A stretch of 64,000 bases of DNA from Eutreptiella sp. 'Long Island Sound 2002' (GCA_964036045.1 OZ038378.1:7130001-7194000), one strand, 5' to 3'; positions 44,201-56,289 are shown, counted from the first letter of the stretch. Notes: generated by a model from the sequence alone, not told the origin. Numbers and translations are program-made.

Positions 44201-46211
44201 AATCGTTCATGACGAGCGATGTGACATTGGTGTCGGCCGTGGTAGAGGACTGAGGGTCATGCCAGTACAACACCACCTTCAGCCTGCCAGGTCTTGACAG
44301 ACGAAAACAGTAAGTTGTGCTCATACGGGAGCCAGCCGATGAGAACTGGGACGTGGTGCTACCCTGAGGAACGTACTGCGTGCTGAACCACAGGCTTCCA
44401 TTGGTTGGGAACAGGATGTTGTCTAGGTTGATGCGACCCCAGCCCTGTCTTTGAGATGGTGGATGCCCCCCCTTGTCTTCTGGAGTCTGCATGAAATCAG
44501 CCGACAAGATCATCAGTGCCTTCAGCAACACCCCAGATGGTGCAGCTATGCCATATTGCTGCTGCTGAGTCCCGTCCACATACCGGCCCTCCTGCAAATA
44601 CTGCCGAACCAGGGCAACTGCCCCTGCAGCAGTCGGAGCAGCCATACTCGTACCATATTTCTCCACGGTCTCGGGAGTCGTCACGCCCTGTCGGTTGCCA
44701 TTGCTATTCGCTGCAAAAATCCCGTGTCCTGGGGCCACCAGATCCGGTTTGACCCGACCATCATACGTCGGGCCGTACGAGGAAAAGTAGGCCATCGCAT
44801 CTTTTCCTTTCTCAGAGGCGCCAATGGCGATTACATTTTTGGCATTGGCAGGGGCTGCGATAGTTCCAGCCCCATGCTCACCGTCGTTTCCAGCTGAGAA
44901 GATGATGACGCTCTCCGCGTTGTTGAAAAGGTAATCGTCGGCGAAATTAGACTGCGAATTGTAACTGATGGCACGCACCCCAAATTGACAACTAGGGTCC
45001 GCCAGACAGTTCGTTCCCCATGAATGGGTGTGGATCCTGACTTGAGAGTCCACATTTTCCATCTTCTGCAACATATCCGTCTTGAGGGCGGCGGGGGCCA
45101 GGAATAATCCCGGATTGTTCTGGTCGTTGGGGGAAATGTCCATGAAGACCAACTTTGCCATCGGCGCCGATCCGGCGAGGGGCACAGCTGTGGGCACGGA
45201 GCCCTGCTTGTGCCCTGTCGCACACCCCGCCACATGTGTACCATGTCCAGCAACCTCATCGGTGTCGTCGCCATTGAACGTGCAGGAGTCCACACGGGAT
45301 CCGTCAACCCTACTGAGGTATGCCTGGCCTGTGTTGCACTTGAATTTGAATAACGTCAAGATCTTCCTGTGCGCGGCATTTACAGTGCCGTCGAACGTGA
45401 CGGCCTGTGCCGCATCGTGAAAATACAGACTGTAGTAATCCAATCCGGAATCTGCAACAGCAATGACTTGGTTGTTGCCAAGAATCCCTTGCTGCCAGAC
45501 GGGAAATTGGTCCGCCTTGTTCCCCTGGATCACGTAGTTGGAGGTCGCCATGTGCATGTGGTTCACTACGGGTGGTGCTACAACATAGACCTCAGGCTGA
45601 TTGGCGAGGAATTCGATAACCTCGTCCCACAGCGACTCATCTATCTTCGTCATTATCTGTCCGTCAGGGATAGCATGGAATTCCACAGCGGTGGGCCATG
45701 GGCAATTCTGCCTCCACGCATGTGCCAACTGCTCGGTCTCGTCGATGTTGTTTGTACTTACCCGTGCCACTAAGTGCCCGGTGAGCTGGCCCGTGGATTG
45801 ATACGGTTGCTGCTGTCCCTGAGTCCCAAATTTTGCGTGTCCCCGTTGCTTCAGGGCGTTCAGGTACTTTGCCTGCGTGGGTAAAACGCCGACCCATTTC
45901 AGTTGCTTGCTCGCCGTGCTGAAGCGGTGCACTTCATCGCCACTGGAAAAAACCAAGAAGGTATTCATGGGGATGTATTGGCCAGCGGTTCCAAAGAATT
46001 CCAGGAGTTCCTGCTCCACCTGTTTCGCTCCCGTTGGCTCAAAGTGCAGCAGGTAGTGGTTCTTCATGTCGTTTATGCTCAGCAGCTCGAACTTACTCAA
46101 AGTTGGTTGCGTGCGTGTGTCGAATGTCATGCCTGCCAAGTGGATTGAACGCTTGTCCAACCCGTGCACGACACTTGTCAACAGAAACATCACGATGCTG
46201 GCGAGCCGCAT
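41202..46211 (-). CDS. Type-I membrane subtilisin (S8, Kp43/TagC-like) with EGF/laminin-like repeats, 1669 aa, intronless
   Basis: Signal peptide MRLASIVMFLLTSVVHG. Catalytic VIAVADSG (D), GHGTHVAG (H), SAGNDG (N), GTSMAAP (S), plus QGWGRINL. About 10 or more CSGHGxC..CxC units, TM segment WWVYFSVGAVLVAVLLIIMSIVLCY, then a basic cytosolic tail. Confidence 0.95.
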   Translation of the reverse strand: MRLASIVMFLLTSVVHGLDKRSIHLAGMTFDTRTQPTLSKFELLSINDMKNHYLLHFEPTGAKQVEQELLEFFGTAGQYIPMNTFLVFSSGDEVHRFSTASKQLKWVGVLPTQAKYLNALKQRGHAKFGTQGQQQPYQSTGQLTGHLVARVSTNNIDETEQLAHAWRQNCPWPTAVEFHAIPDGQIMTKIDESLWDEVIEFLANQPEVYVVAPPVVNHMHMATSNYVIQGNKADQFPVWQQGILGNNQVIAVADSGLDYYSLYFHDAAQAVTFDGTVNAAHRKILTLFKFKCNTGQAYLSRVDGSRVDSCTFNGDDTDEVAGHGTHVAGCATGHKQGSVPTAVPLAGSAPMAKLVFMDISPNDQNNPGLFLAPAALKTDMLQKMENVDSQVRIHTHSWGTNCLADPSCQFGVRAISYNSQSNFADDYLFNNAESVIIFSAGNDGEHGAGTIAAPANAKNVIAIGASEKGKDAMAYFSSYGPTYDGRVKPDLVAPGHGIFAANSNGNRQGVTTPETVEKYGTSMAAPTAAGAVALVRQYLQEGRYVDGTQQQQYGIAAPSGVLLKALMILSADFMQTPEDKGGHPPSQRQGWGRINLDNILFPTNGSLWFSTQYVPQGSTTSQFSSAGSRMSTTYCFRLSRPGRLKVVLYWHDPQSSTTADTNVTSLVMNDLDLTLHSGVSVWHGNLQAEYDKMHNIEVIDLAAAQEDRYQVTVTLEGTTGAINNLPFVVAIMGHFASPPSASDCPPSCPTVNGFPCSGAGVCYSGSCNCNSNYFGADCGTFVGDPVIPNFYVTTKPNECTIAGGCGTTCFDDDINGHFSSSSGGTCDICKTNFYPPGVCTVNVTCSSHGAFANGACTCHTYDHAAGTGQWSGPSCNKCADGWAGSNCDCNITACNGHGICEADGCDCLSSPTAGYWVRKGDRSQCQCADGWFGPECKYNMSCSGHGTFNGQHCVCDPRYGGVECNQCHADFSAASYPACKCYKECPKRTMVAGVLRYGCQADGTCECEAGFVGLGCFCAETAGTVCSGHGSCGWAGCTCFQNDTMGYWDGSDCSTCVLGWAQPNLGCTCPKVKIYAQQSTPENTCGHGTCTVDGCQCHADGVLGYWKIPSGAVGTNKACTLCKDGWVGPVKNGLQSGCACQTPQSWTLDDSQNWETNAAVGARLCSGHGTCKDTGCECYADFARGHWTGANCEQCAPGWSGTKCNCYEKCGGYAGVCEDNGCLCHNNTIKGRFFYNSSIPGSGYDMTTGLSSDCDACLPGYTGHDPNTKCLCRGANCYSVAYDPTKAYPTPDTPISFALDEGNLSVYVDYKAGALGPVSTSFQIQPVTLDQVLHPSKSAPMAQIYVGPSAFYLRSLTPDQTAPQHGKFALQALTDVTLQLKVPYPDVSVAKAGASWLDALKIDYAVHPPVLLWRSPDGWTPAHDTCKTPEADKMISQLLQTTICRLEDEMQFSLFVKVSDTFPWWVYFSVGAVLVAVLLIIMSIVLCYRRRVGNERAKAEAKARVIAYLTQNKNKMGKSLRRRLGLSSSQKFTPEMAAQRFLQKHDKVQKMIARMNKPAERRRSLMLPPGGSMEVGSRPEMSSIESLQMITDAQMVGETWQFQPHEVALLEACTKLRSLFRQDPFTKEYALKPSAFPEMQQKLLLLQMENDKLKKVIGSHNPGVVYPRM

Positions 46212-47149
46212 TTAGAATGAGCCACCAGGCAGTGTGAAGTGCGAGTTAGCAAGTGAACAAAATATCTTGAAAGGGGAGTGGCCAGAAAAGTGTGCTCGCC
46301 CTTGCCTTCTCTTACGCAAGCTCCGTTTACAACAGCGGCGGTTTCCCGTGATCGCTTGGTGCAAAATTGACGGAAGACAGGGGGTTGGGAGGGATTCGAC
46401 CTGTTTTCAGCACCCAGCACGATATGGTGATGTTGGAGTCAGCTATTCTTCCATGAAATACCGCCTAAGGTTTTCGAGCTCGCACCGTTTCCCTGTTTCT
46501 CCTCGCCCCGTCAAGGGAATGTTAACACTCGCTCGCCGAGAACACAACATACACAGTTAGAGGTTGAGCATGGAGAAAGTGCCACAGGTCACATTAGATA
46601 ATCACCCTAGTGACCCGAAAACCTTCGCATGCCAAATGCATAAAACAAAGACCAAACGCCCTACATGCGGTGTGTTTTCGTAAAAGATCGACCACGCAAA
46701 GATACACGCCTACAAGGCTTCATAGGCCTGGTGATGTCGACAAAATAAAATTACGATGCACGTCGTCGTGAACGTGCTGGGGAATCTCGTACTTTGCCTT
46801 TTCCAAACACTTTCGAAGAAGGTACTCAGAAAAAGCACCGCTTACAAATTCTTCACTTCGGTCCAAATAACAGCGATGCAATCAAAATCGGACACTGCTC
46901 CATGTAACTTGCAGATAAATTCAAAGATTCTTGGGCATTCCCCTTCGTTCGGTTTTTTGTCTTGTTTTCTTCGAAGTTCACTCACCAGTACTATTGCACG
47001 CGCGATGGGGCACATTTGACTTGAACGCTTCAACTTGATTACGGCATTACCTCCACCTGGGGGGGGCCGTCGCCCTAAGGCGACCTACGAAATCATTGCG
47101 TCGCCTTAAGGCGCCTTAGGGCGACTTAAGGCGCCGCGGCGCCGGAATA

Positions 47150-47350
47150 AGGGCGCTGACAGCGCGCGCGCCGCCGCCGCAAAACAATAAGCCGCCAGCA
47201 GGGTTCGAACCACCGCTCTCTCCCATCGCCGGCGACTGTGCCAAGGAAGCGCCGCCGCCGCAAAACGAGCAGTCGCCGGCAGGGTTCGAACCAACGCTTT
47301 CTCCCTTCGCAGGCAACTGTGCTGACCGCTCGACCAATCAGGCTGCTGAC
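47150..47350 (-). mobile_element. Dimeric tRNA-derived (SINE-like) element
   Basis: Minus strand carries A-box-like TGGTCGAGCGG and B-box GGTTCGAACCC at tRNA spacing, followed by a second unit with its own B-box. Both units end TTTTGCGGCGGCGGCG. The acceptor stem is imperfect, so this is not a true tRNA. Confidence 0.6.
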
Positions 47351-47592
47351 AAATGCATATTTGAATTTCATAAGGCTTGGACCTCACAGAGAAAAAATTT
47401 TAAAAAAAGCGACCGAGGCGAATGCACAGATTCGCCCCTGTCCAACGTACAAAGACCAAATCACCTTGGTTTTCATTGCAAGACATGCATGCAGAGGTAC
47501 AGAGTGACAGATGAGTAGATGTAACCATGTAGCCACCCCAAAACACCAAGAATGCACCCGACCCAATGAAAAATGGCGAAAAATGGTTTGAC

Positions 47593-47648
47593 AACCCTAA
47601 CCCTAGCCCCAACCCTAGCCCTAACCCTAGCCCTAACCCTACCCTAAC
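47593..47648 (-). repeat. Interstitial telomere-like repeat (CCCTAA/CCCTAG mix, ~9 units)
   Basis: AACCCTAACCCTAGCCCCAACCCTAGCCCTAACCCTAGCCCTAACCCTACCCTAAC. Confidence 0.85.
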
Positions 47649-48168
47649 GTGGAGGGGACACCTCCAAGTTGATTGGAAGACTTGAATCTATGCATAAGAT
47701 GAATAAGGCACCTATGAAGAGCCCATGTTTTGGAGTTGAGCATGCAACAACACGGAACGCTCCACCAAGCCATTCCAATGTTGCAGCTGCTGCGGAGAAA
47801 GCACGGCAAAGGTTGCATGTTGGGTATATTGTTGAATATCGGCATTCACTTGTTGTAATTCATACCGAAGACGTTGTGCCACCATGTCATTTACATTGAG
47901 CATTGGAGGCACTTGGCCAAAAGAGCTGAACCCAGACAGAGAAGGGGCCACATGTGGGGCCATTGGAGGAGGTCTGGCAGAAGCAGGAGAAGCTGTAAAG
48001 GTGGGTTGAGGACCAGGATTACACTTAAATTTTTGCACATAGCTACAAGCAAAGTCAACAGGTGGTTGACAGTTTTGCTGTAGTTTTGATGGTGGTATTG
48101 AGCCTGGCGTAGGTTCGATTCCTGATTTGAGCATCAGTGCTGGATCGCTCGCCGCCGATCGCAGCGAT

Positions 48169-48398
48169 CGGCGCCGATCGCTGCCATCAGTGGAGCGATC
48201 GCTGCCATCAGCAGAGCGATCTGACAATTGTTCCCAGAGGGATTCGAACCTTAAGTTATAAAATCGCAGCGCCGACTGTGACGCGGCGCCGATCGCTGCC
48301 ATCAGTGGAGCGATCGCTGCCATCAGCAGAGCGATCTGACAATTGTTCCCAGAGGGATTCGAACCTTAAGTTATAAAATCGCAGCGCCGACTGTGACG
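48169..48398. repeat. 115-bp perfect tandem duplication containing GGGATTCGAACC
   Basis: CGGCGCCGATCGCTGCCATCAGTGGAGCG...GCCGACTGTGACG occurs at 48169 and 48284. Confidence 0.88.
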
Positions 48399-48685
48399 CC
48401 CTTCAGCGCCGGCGCCTCATCGACTGTCCAGTCATCCCAAAAATTCCGGTGACGGTATGCAGACTGCGGCCCTAGCAGACTGCGAAAGACTGCGCGCGAA
48501 CATGCGACACGCGCATTTACGACAACCGAAAAAACGACTGCAACTGATCTACTGCAACTGATCTTCTGCTAAAAGGCGACAAGGATGTTTTGAACCGTTC
48601 TGCAGCCCAAATTTATAAAATTATTTTACTCTACTGCAACAGATTATTTTATCGCCAGATAAGGGAACGATACCTTACTGGTAAA

Positions 48686-49605
48686 TCCACTCCCTCCTAC
48701 TCATTTTCAACTCCCTCCTACTCATTTTCAACTCCCTCCAAGTCAAAATCCACTCCCTCCTACTCATTTTCAACTCCCCCCTGCTCATTTTCAACTCCCT
48801 CCAAGTGAAAATCCACTCCCTCCTACTCATTTTCAACTCCCCCCTGCTCATTTTCAACTCCCTCCAAGTGAAAATCCACTCCCTCCTACTCATTTTCAAC
48901 TCCCTCCTACTCAGTTTCAACTCCCTCCAAGTGAAAATCCACTCCCTCCTACTCATTTTCAACTCCCTCCTACTCATTTTCAACTCCCCCCTGCTCATTT
49001 TCAACTCCCTCCAAGTGAAAATCCACTCCCTCCTACTCATTTTCAACTCCCTCCTACTCATTTTCAACTCCCTCCAAGTGAAAATCCACTCCCTCCTACT
49101 CATTTTCAACTCCCTCCTACTCATTTTCAACTCCCCCCTGCTCATTTTCAACTCCCTCCAAGTGAAAATCCACTCCCTCCTACTCATTTTCAACTCCCTC
49201 CTACTCATTTTCAACTCCCCCCTGCTCATTTCCAACCCCCTCCAAGTGAAAATCCACTCCCTCCTACTCATTTTCAACTCCCTCCTACTCATTTTCAACT
49301 CCCCCCTGCTCATTTCCAACCCCCTCCAAGTGAAAATCCACTCCCTCCTACTCATTTTCAACTCCCTCCTACTCATTTTCAACTCCCCCCTGCTCATTTT
49401 CAACCCCCTCCAAGTGAAAATCCACTCCCTCCTACTCATTTTCAACTCCCTCCTACTCATTTTCAACTCCCTCCAAGTGAAAATCCACTCCCTCCTACTC
49501 ATTTTCATCTCCCTGCTGCTCATTTTCAACTCCCCCCTGCTCATTTTCAACTCCCTCCAAGTGAAAATCCACTCCCTCCTACTCATTTTCAACTCCCTCC
49601 TACTC
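48686..49605. repeat. Subterminal array of ~44 21-bp units with an ACTCCC(T)CC core; inverted partial arrays at ~51880-52625
   Basis: Alternating ACTCCCTCCTACTCATTTTCA and ACTCCCTCCAAGTGAAAATCC units; GGAGGGAGT copies near the right TIR. Confidence 0.93.
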
Positions 49606-49908
49606 ACACACAAGTGTCCCCCCACCGATCCAACCATCGACTTGCACACTATTGTTGTCACTGGAAATTCCGTCCCTCACCTGCCCTTGCACACTTGGCA
49701 CGAAGAAAGCATTGTTCCATCTTTTTTTGTGCAATGTGCAAAAGAATGTGTAAAACAATGTGCAAGAGATGTGCTTCCCGATGATGAAAGTAGTATACAT
49801 TGTGGAGCCGTAGCTCAAAACTGGGGGCCATGGAGGCATAACCCAACCTTACACAGGCGAACCGTGAAGGCATGGAACATAAACTCAGACTTGAAATTTG
49901 AAATGTCC

Positions 49909-51444
49909 TTAGTTCTTCGACACTTGAGCCCGCCACTCCCAAAGCTGCTTACACTGATGCAACTCAGCTGGCGAAAGTTGTTCCCCACATGCAGCCCGAG
50001 CATACAACTGAGCCAAGCGAGTATCAACCGAGTCAGCCGAGTCAACCATATTGTGAATGTGTGCATGCAATTGATCATTATACGCGGCCTGCTGCGCACT
50101 CAGGCCCCCAGGAGCCTGATTCACGGTGGTTAGCGCATCTGAAAGCTCAAGGGCAGCATTCAGCTCTTCCTTCAGCGGCGGACCGCTACCCCTACCCTGA
50201 CCCCTACCTCTTCCCTTTGTAGCACCCTTTGGACCATCCCCTCGCTTAGCGGCCTTCCTGACAGTTGGCTGCACGGTTCGCTTGGCGGCCACCGGCGGGG
50301 GAACAGGTCGTGGTGCTTGTGCACCTGCCACATGGACCTGTGTGGAGGAGGCTCGCATGTCCACAAATTGGTTCAGTAGCCTCTCCTCTTCTTCGAGAAA
50401 GGCCCCTGCATCCTGTCCCTGGTCGGAAAGATGAGTTGCCACTCGATCCACATTATTTATATATTGACGCATCCGGGACTGCAGGTTCCCAAGGGAGCGG
50501 ACAATCTGCTCGCGTTTCGTTCTGGCTGGCAAATCAGCCCACGAGGAGATGTCGGTCAATATAATGTCATCGTCTGTAGCATGGATTGCCACGGGTACCT
50601 GCACTGTGGGTAGGGGGAGGCGTTGGCTGCTGCATTTGGCACTGACAAGGACCTGAGTTGCAGTCTGAAATTGTTTTAAAATAAAAATTGGATTGAACAA
50701 CCCAAGATGGAAGCCGACTGAAGATGACCGATGATGCAAAACAGCAAAATAGTGACGACATGGATGCCCGACTCGGACAGCAAGTCCACAACTACACCAA
50801 AACTTCGTATAGGCACCATCCTCAGCCAATGGCTCGAACAGACAAACATAATGTGGACAGTTCATGTAACGCGAAGTGCAGCTGGATTCACTTCGCTTTA
50901 CCTCATAAACTATATTTTTGCCTTGGATTTGGTGCACACGATTGGAGATCGCACAGAATCTAGGTAGGTCTACCAACTCCGTCTCAAGTGAATCGTGACA
51001 CTGTCGATCATAGTTCCATAAGGGTGCCGCCCTGTTAGCAACTATATATTGGGCCTCCCTGGACATGTCATACTCATACACGAGGTACGCAGTTGAAGCA
51101 TTCATCTGCTGGAGCATTCTATCAAACGCCCAGCTTGTCACCTTGCCTGAAACGAACTTGACATAGAATGGGTCAGGCTTCGCGCTTTGGGACTCAGGTT
51201 TGGGTGTGGAGATGGGCGCAGAGGTTAGTACTTGGTGCCCACCCTCGGGCGTGAGTGTTTGTACCTCGGCTTGCGAGGCAAAGGAGACGCGCCGCTTCCT
51301 GTGCTTTTGTGGGCCAGGCACGCTCCCCATTAAATCCATCAGAGATGGCCCTTCCGCTGCCCTGGCTGCAGCAAATGCCGTTGCCTTGGCCTTCTTTTCA
51401 TCGGAGATTGGTGTCTTCGGTGGCATTCTGGAAGTGCACGTCAT
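49909..51444 (-). CDS. SWIM zinc-finger protein resembling the C-terminal half of a MULE/FAR1-type transposase, 511 aa, no DDE domain recognised
   Basis: FWCSCGLAVRVGHPCRHYFAV (SWIM CxC..CxH); KVTSWAFDRMLQQMNAS (FAR1-like helix); NLS-like KHRKRR; GRGRG basic tail. Confidence 0.75.
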   Translation of the reverse strand: MTCTSRMPPKTPISDEKKAKATAFAAARAAEGPSLMDLMGSVPGPQKHRKRRVSFASQAEVQTLTPEGGHQVLTSAPISTPKPESQSAKPDPFYVKFVSGKVTSWAFDRMLQQMNASTAYLVYEYDMSREAQYIVANRAAPLWNYDRQCHDSLETELVDLPRFCAISNRVHQIQGKNIVYEVKRSESSCTSRYMNCPHYVCLFEPLAEDGAYTKFWCSCGLAVRVGHPCRHYFAVLHHRSSSVGFHLGLFNPIFILKQFQTATQVLVSAKCSSQRLPLPTVQVPVAIHATDDDIILTDISSWADLPARTKREQIVRSLGNLQSRMRQYINNVDRVATHLSDQGQDAGAFLEEEERLLNQFVDMRASSTQVHVAGAQAPRPVPPPVAAKRTVQPTVRKAAKRGDGPKGATKGRGRGQGRGSGPPLKEELNAALELSDALTTVNQAPGGLSAQQAAYNDQLHAHIHNMVDSADSVDTRLAQLYARAACGEQLSPAELHQCKQLWEWRAQVSKN

Positions 51445-51579
51445 GATCCAGGCGATTGGGGTTGAAAGCCGGTGCGTGCATCACAACTGAGGGCTTGGGT
51501 TGTCACACACGGAACGCAAAACGTGTCAACCTGTACCAACTCCCTTCAAGCGGAAGTCCACACCCTCCTTCTCAATATG

Positions 51580-52545
<966 letters not shown>

Positions 52546-53199
52546 ATTTCACTTGGAGGGAGTAGAAATTGAGTAGAAGGGAGTGGATATTCACTTGGAG
52601 GGAGTTGAAATTGAGGGGGAGGGAGTCGATTTGCGCACAGCGCTAAACGCGTTCAAAACAGCGAAGTAAAGGGCAACGCTGGCCAATCACACATCTGTCA
52701 GTAATTAATAATAAGTGACAGAGTGATCAGAAGGTGAAATTCGAACTAATTAGAACAGGAACATAAAATTCATACCTTTCTGTCAGTTGCGGTGGTTTTT
52801 TCAGTTACGCGTGTCGCATGTTCGTGCGCAGTCTTTCGCAGTCTGCTAGGGCCGCAGTCTGCATACCGTCACCGCAAAAATTCCCCCACCCAGCTGTTCC
52901 GCCGGGAGCCCCACCCAGCGCTTCATCATCATTCACCCCCTCCAGGTGGAGGCCTTGCCTTGATTACAGTGTCCGACCCCCCTCCCCCCCTTGGGACCCC
53001 CCCCTTCCCTCCCTGTTTCAGCTCCATCCCACCCGCCCTCGGCTCCCTCCTCCGTTGGCTGAAGTTGAGCCCCCCCCACCCCATCCTTCTTCCCCATCTA
53101 CTTTACCTCTATTCCTCCCTCCTTTGCAATGCGATGCATAAAAAACAAAGAGCAAATGAATTCTCCAATGAGGGCATGTCACAATGGTTGCTCGGCAAG

Positions 53200-53900
53200 A
53201 AATGTTTACTCATCAAGAAGCTGGCAACTTGCACGATGCCGCAACCTGTTGTGGTGTGCCCGATCACCTTTGCTGGTGAACACCCATCGGCATTGTGGAC
53301 ATGCACCATGGCCATTCAACAGGGCCATGGGTTGGTGCTCATCGGCCTTTGCCCGCAACCATCATATGCCATTTGAGGGACTGGGCTCGGCAACACGTCA
53401 CCCATCTGTGGCATACGGGCAACAAACATGGTGGACAACAGCGAAACAGGCATATTCTTCATGCAAAGGCAGGAGGCAACACGGAACCGTTTGAAAGAAA
53501 GAAGATGGTAGCGCTTGTCACAATGTTCCAAGAAAAACTTGAATTCACCATAAACCTCCTTGAGCTCCACCTTCTTGCGGATGGTACTATTTGACCTTGC
53601 ACAAAAAGTAGCAATAGTATCATAATCCGACCACCGTCCGGCATCAGCCGGCAGGTGGTATTGTACAAGAAAACTGTTGCGAACACCTTCCACCACAGGA
53701 TTACAAAGGAGTAGAACATACCTTGAACGTTAGGGCGAAGTCTTGACCAAAAGTGTCGCAATGATTCCTACAATTGTCTTATGGTTCCAAGCCCATTCAG
53801 TTCCCATTTGCAATTTTTTAACCTTGTTTTTTGTGTTTCGGTTCCCATTTGCAAAATGTTTTTGTAGTTTTAGTCCCCATAAGGGAAAAACGACCACACC
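53200..53900 (-). pseudogene. Degenerate DNA-transposase C-terminal remnant (possibly Zator-like) with a C2H2-like finger
   Basis: FKFFLEHCDKRYHLLSFKR..C.C..LPSPVP, and in another frame CPQCRWVFTSKGDRAHHNRLRH. The family assignment is from memory of motif pattern only. Confidence 0.33.
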
Positions 53901-55152
53901 TAACAAAATTCATACCGCTCGGAAACAAAGAGATAAATTTCTTCTTAGCCACAGATTGGTCGCCCGGTCTATTGCGCGACAGCTCACTTGATTGTGGACC
54001 GCGACCCCCCCCCCCCCTTGTGCCGAAGCGTTCAAGTCGCCCAGTTGTGCCCCTCCTAAGTGAGATGGGGAGGATGTAGGTTGTAGCGGGGACTCCAAGA
54101 CCACTTCCTCAACAACTCTCCCAGGTCAAGTTGAGTGTGGGGCGGTGCGGCCGCTGTGGTGTTTGATTTTCAATTATGATCGCGCACAAACCCATATTTT
54201 GATAGGTGAATTCATTGCCAGAAGTAGGGATCACATCCCAGTAAAGGGAAAGATTTGGGGTGATTTTTTGGGTTCCACGTGTTCAGAGGCACTAAGCCAC
54301 ATTTTTGTAGATCCCTCCTTGCTTCCATGATGCATGTCACTAGACATTGCATGCCAGTGAATTGTAGGATGCCGCCCCCACGATCTAAGCACACGTCAAG
54401 GAATGTTTCAGAGAAAGTTGAAACATTGGAGCTTACACAACCACGGAGGTGGGGGGGGGGCTGTGTCATGTCACGGGGCCGCCACTTGAGCTGTGTCGTG
54501 GCACGGTGGGCAATGCTTCGTGTACTCGGATGAGTGGCACTTGTGTCATCCGTGTCACCTGCGCTGGCTGTGCCACCATGACACGGGGGGGGGGGGGTCC
54601 AGGACACGGAGGGGGGGGGGGTCATTAGGTGTGACCGCACCCATGACAATCACCCTCAACCCCTCCCCCCTTCCGTGTCAAGAATGGGCACCTTTTAAAA
54701 AGTGTTGTTGAAGAGCTAGTTTGAAACCCCCGAGCCCCCAAAATGTGTTACTGTACGTGCTTAGAAATCTGCAATACCTTCCCCCTTAATGAGTTCTTTT
54801 CCGGCTATGTGTAGGTACACACGTCAATCCCTAAGGCCCCGAACGCTCATGCCACCGACGGCGATTGGCACTGGGCAAGGTTCGCGGGTCCCAAGCAACG
54901 ACATATGTAGCCCCGAATTTCAATCGCAAGTGCTCGGGCCCATTGCACAACGGATGATGGCAAAGGCCTCTCGTAAGCGCCCCGTTGCGGTGGCACCGGG
55001 CATTGTGCCGCCACAACCAAAGCGCCAGAAGGTGCATCTTGTGCTCAACGAGCCGTTGTGGGATTTCGGCATGCTGCTCTTTAGTTGCATTTAATAGCGG
55101 TAATTCACTTCGTGTCCGTATCAACCGGCCTATCGCTCTCGGAGACTCTTCG

Positions 55153-56217
55153 AGACCGCATGAAGTGTTTGAAAGTGTGGGAGGAGTTGGCGTTTTGTGG
55201 CTGGACAACCGAAGTTTTGCAAGGTTGAAACGAGTATTTGCCCGCCAATCGATTGGCCAATCATCCACCACTCCAGGTGCCAACACCCCCGGCCGACAAC
55301 CCGCAGTTTGAGGATGTATTGAATGATATTGCTTTATCAATCGCAGAAAAGCAGGTGTCCCATATGCAACCGAGGTTGCGAGCAGTTAGACCGCATAAAG
55401 TGTTTGAAAGTGTGGGAGGAGTTGGCGTTTTGTTTTGGCGTGGAGCATTTGCTTGCCCAACGGACTCGCCAACCATCCGCCACTCTAGGTGCCAACACCC
55501 CCGGCCGACAATCCGCAGTTTGAGGATGTGTTGAATGATATTGCTTTATCAATCGCAGAAAAGCAGGTGTCCCATATGCAACCGAGGTTGCGAGCAGTTA
55601 GACCGCATAAAGTGTTTGAAAGTGTGGGAGGAGTTGGCGTTTTGTTTTGGCGTGGAGCATTTGCTTGCCCAACGGACTCGCCAATCATCCACCACTCCAG
55701 GTGCCAACACCCCCGGCCGACGATCCGCAGTTTGAGGATGTGTTGAGTGATATTGCTTTATCAATCGCAGAAAAGCAGGTGCCCCATATGCAACCGAGGT
55801 TGCGAGCAGTTAGACCGCATAAAGTGTTTGAAAGTGTGGGAGGAGTTGGCGTTTTGTTTTGGCGTGGAGCATTTGCTTGCCCAATGGACTCGCCAATCAT
55901 CCACCACTCCAGGTGCCAACACCCCCGGCCGACAATCCGCAGTTTGAGGATGTGTTGAGTGATATTGCTTTATCAATCGCAGAAAAGCAGGTGTCCCATA
56001 TGCAACCGAGGTTGCGAGCAGTTAGACCGCATAAAGTGTTTGAAAGTGTGGGAGGAGTTGGCGTTTTGTTTTGGCGTGGAGCATTTGCTTGCCCAACGGA
56101 CTCGCCAATCATCCACCACTCTAGGTGCCAACACCCCCAGCCGATAATCCGCAGTTTGAGGATGTGTTGAGTGATATTGCTTTATCAATCGCAGAAAAGC
56201 AGGTGTCCCATGTGCAA
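55153..56217. repeat. 212-bp tandem satellite, ~5 copies, highly similar
   Basis: GACCGCATAAAG at 55389, 55601, 55813 and 56025 (exact 212 spacing); variant first unit at 55153. Confidence 0.95.
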
Positions 56218-56289
56218 CTCTAGCCCTTTCCCCCCCTCGACTATTGGCCAAATTGGTGTTGCGCATTCCTTTGACTTGAGAGACCCTAA

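Noticed and set aside
46700-47040. Possible Merlin/ISXO2-like transposase C-terminus (NQVEAFKS..IYLQV..RF)
   Set aside because: Resemblance is weak, with several stops. TGA read-through was considered, but the intact genes here show no sign of a variant code.
47270-47350. Functional tRNA gene
   Set aside because: A and B boxes are present, but the acceptor and anticodon stems are imperfect and the unit is duplicated; treated as tRNA-derived.
47712-48323. 203-aa minus-strand ORF
   Set aside because: Its N-terminal half derives from the 115-bp duplication and it has no recognisable domain.
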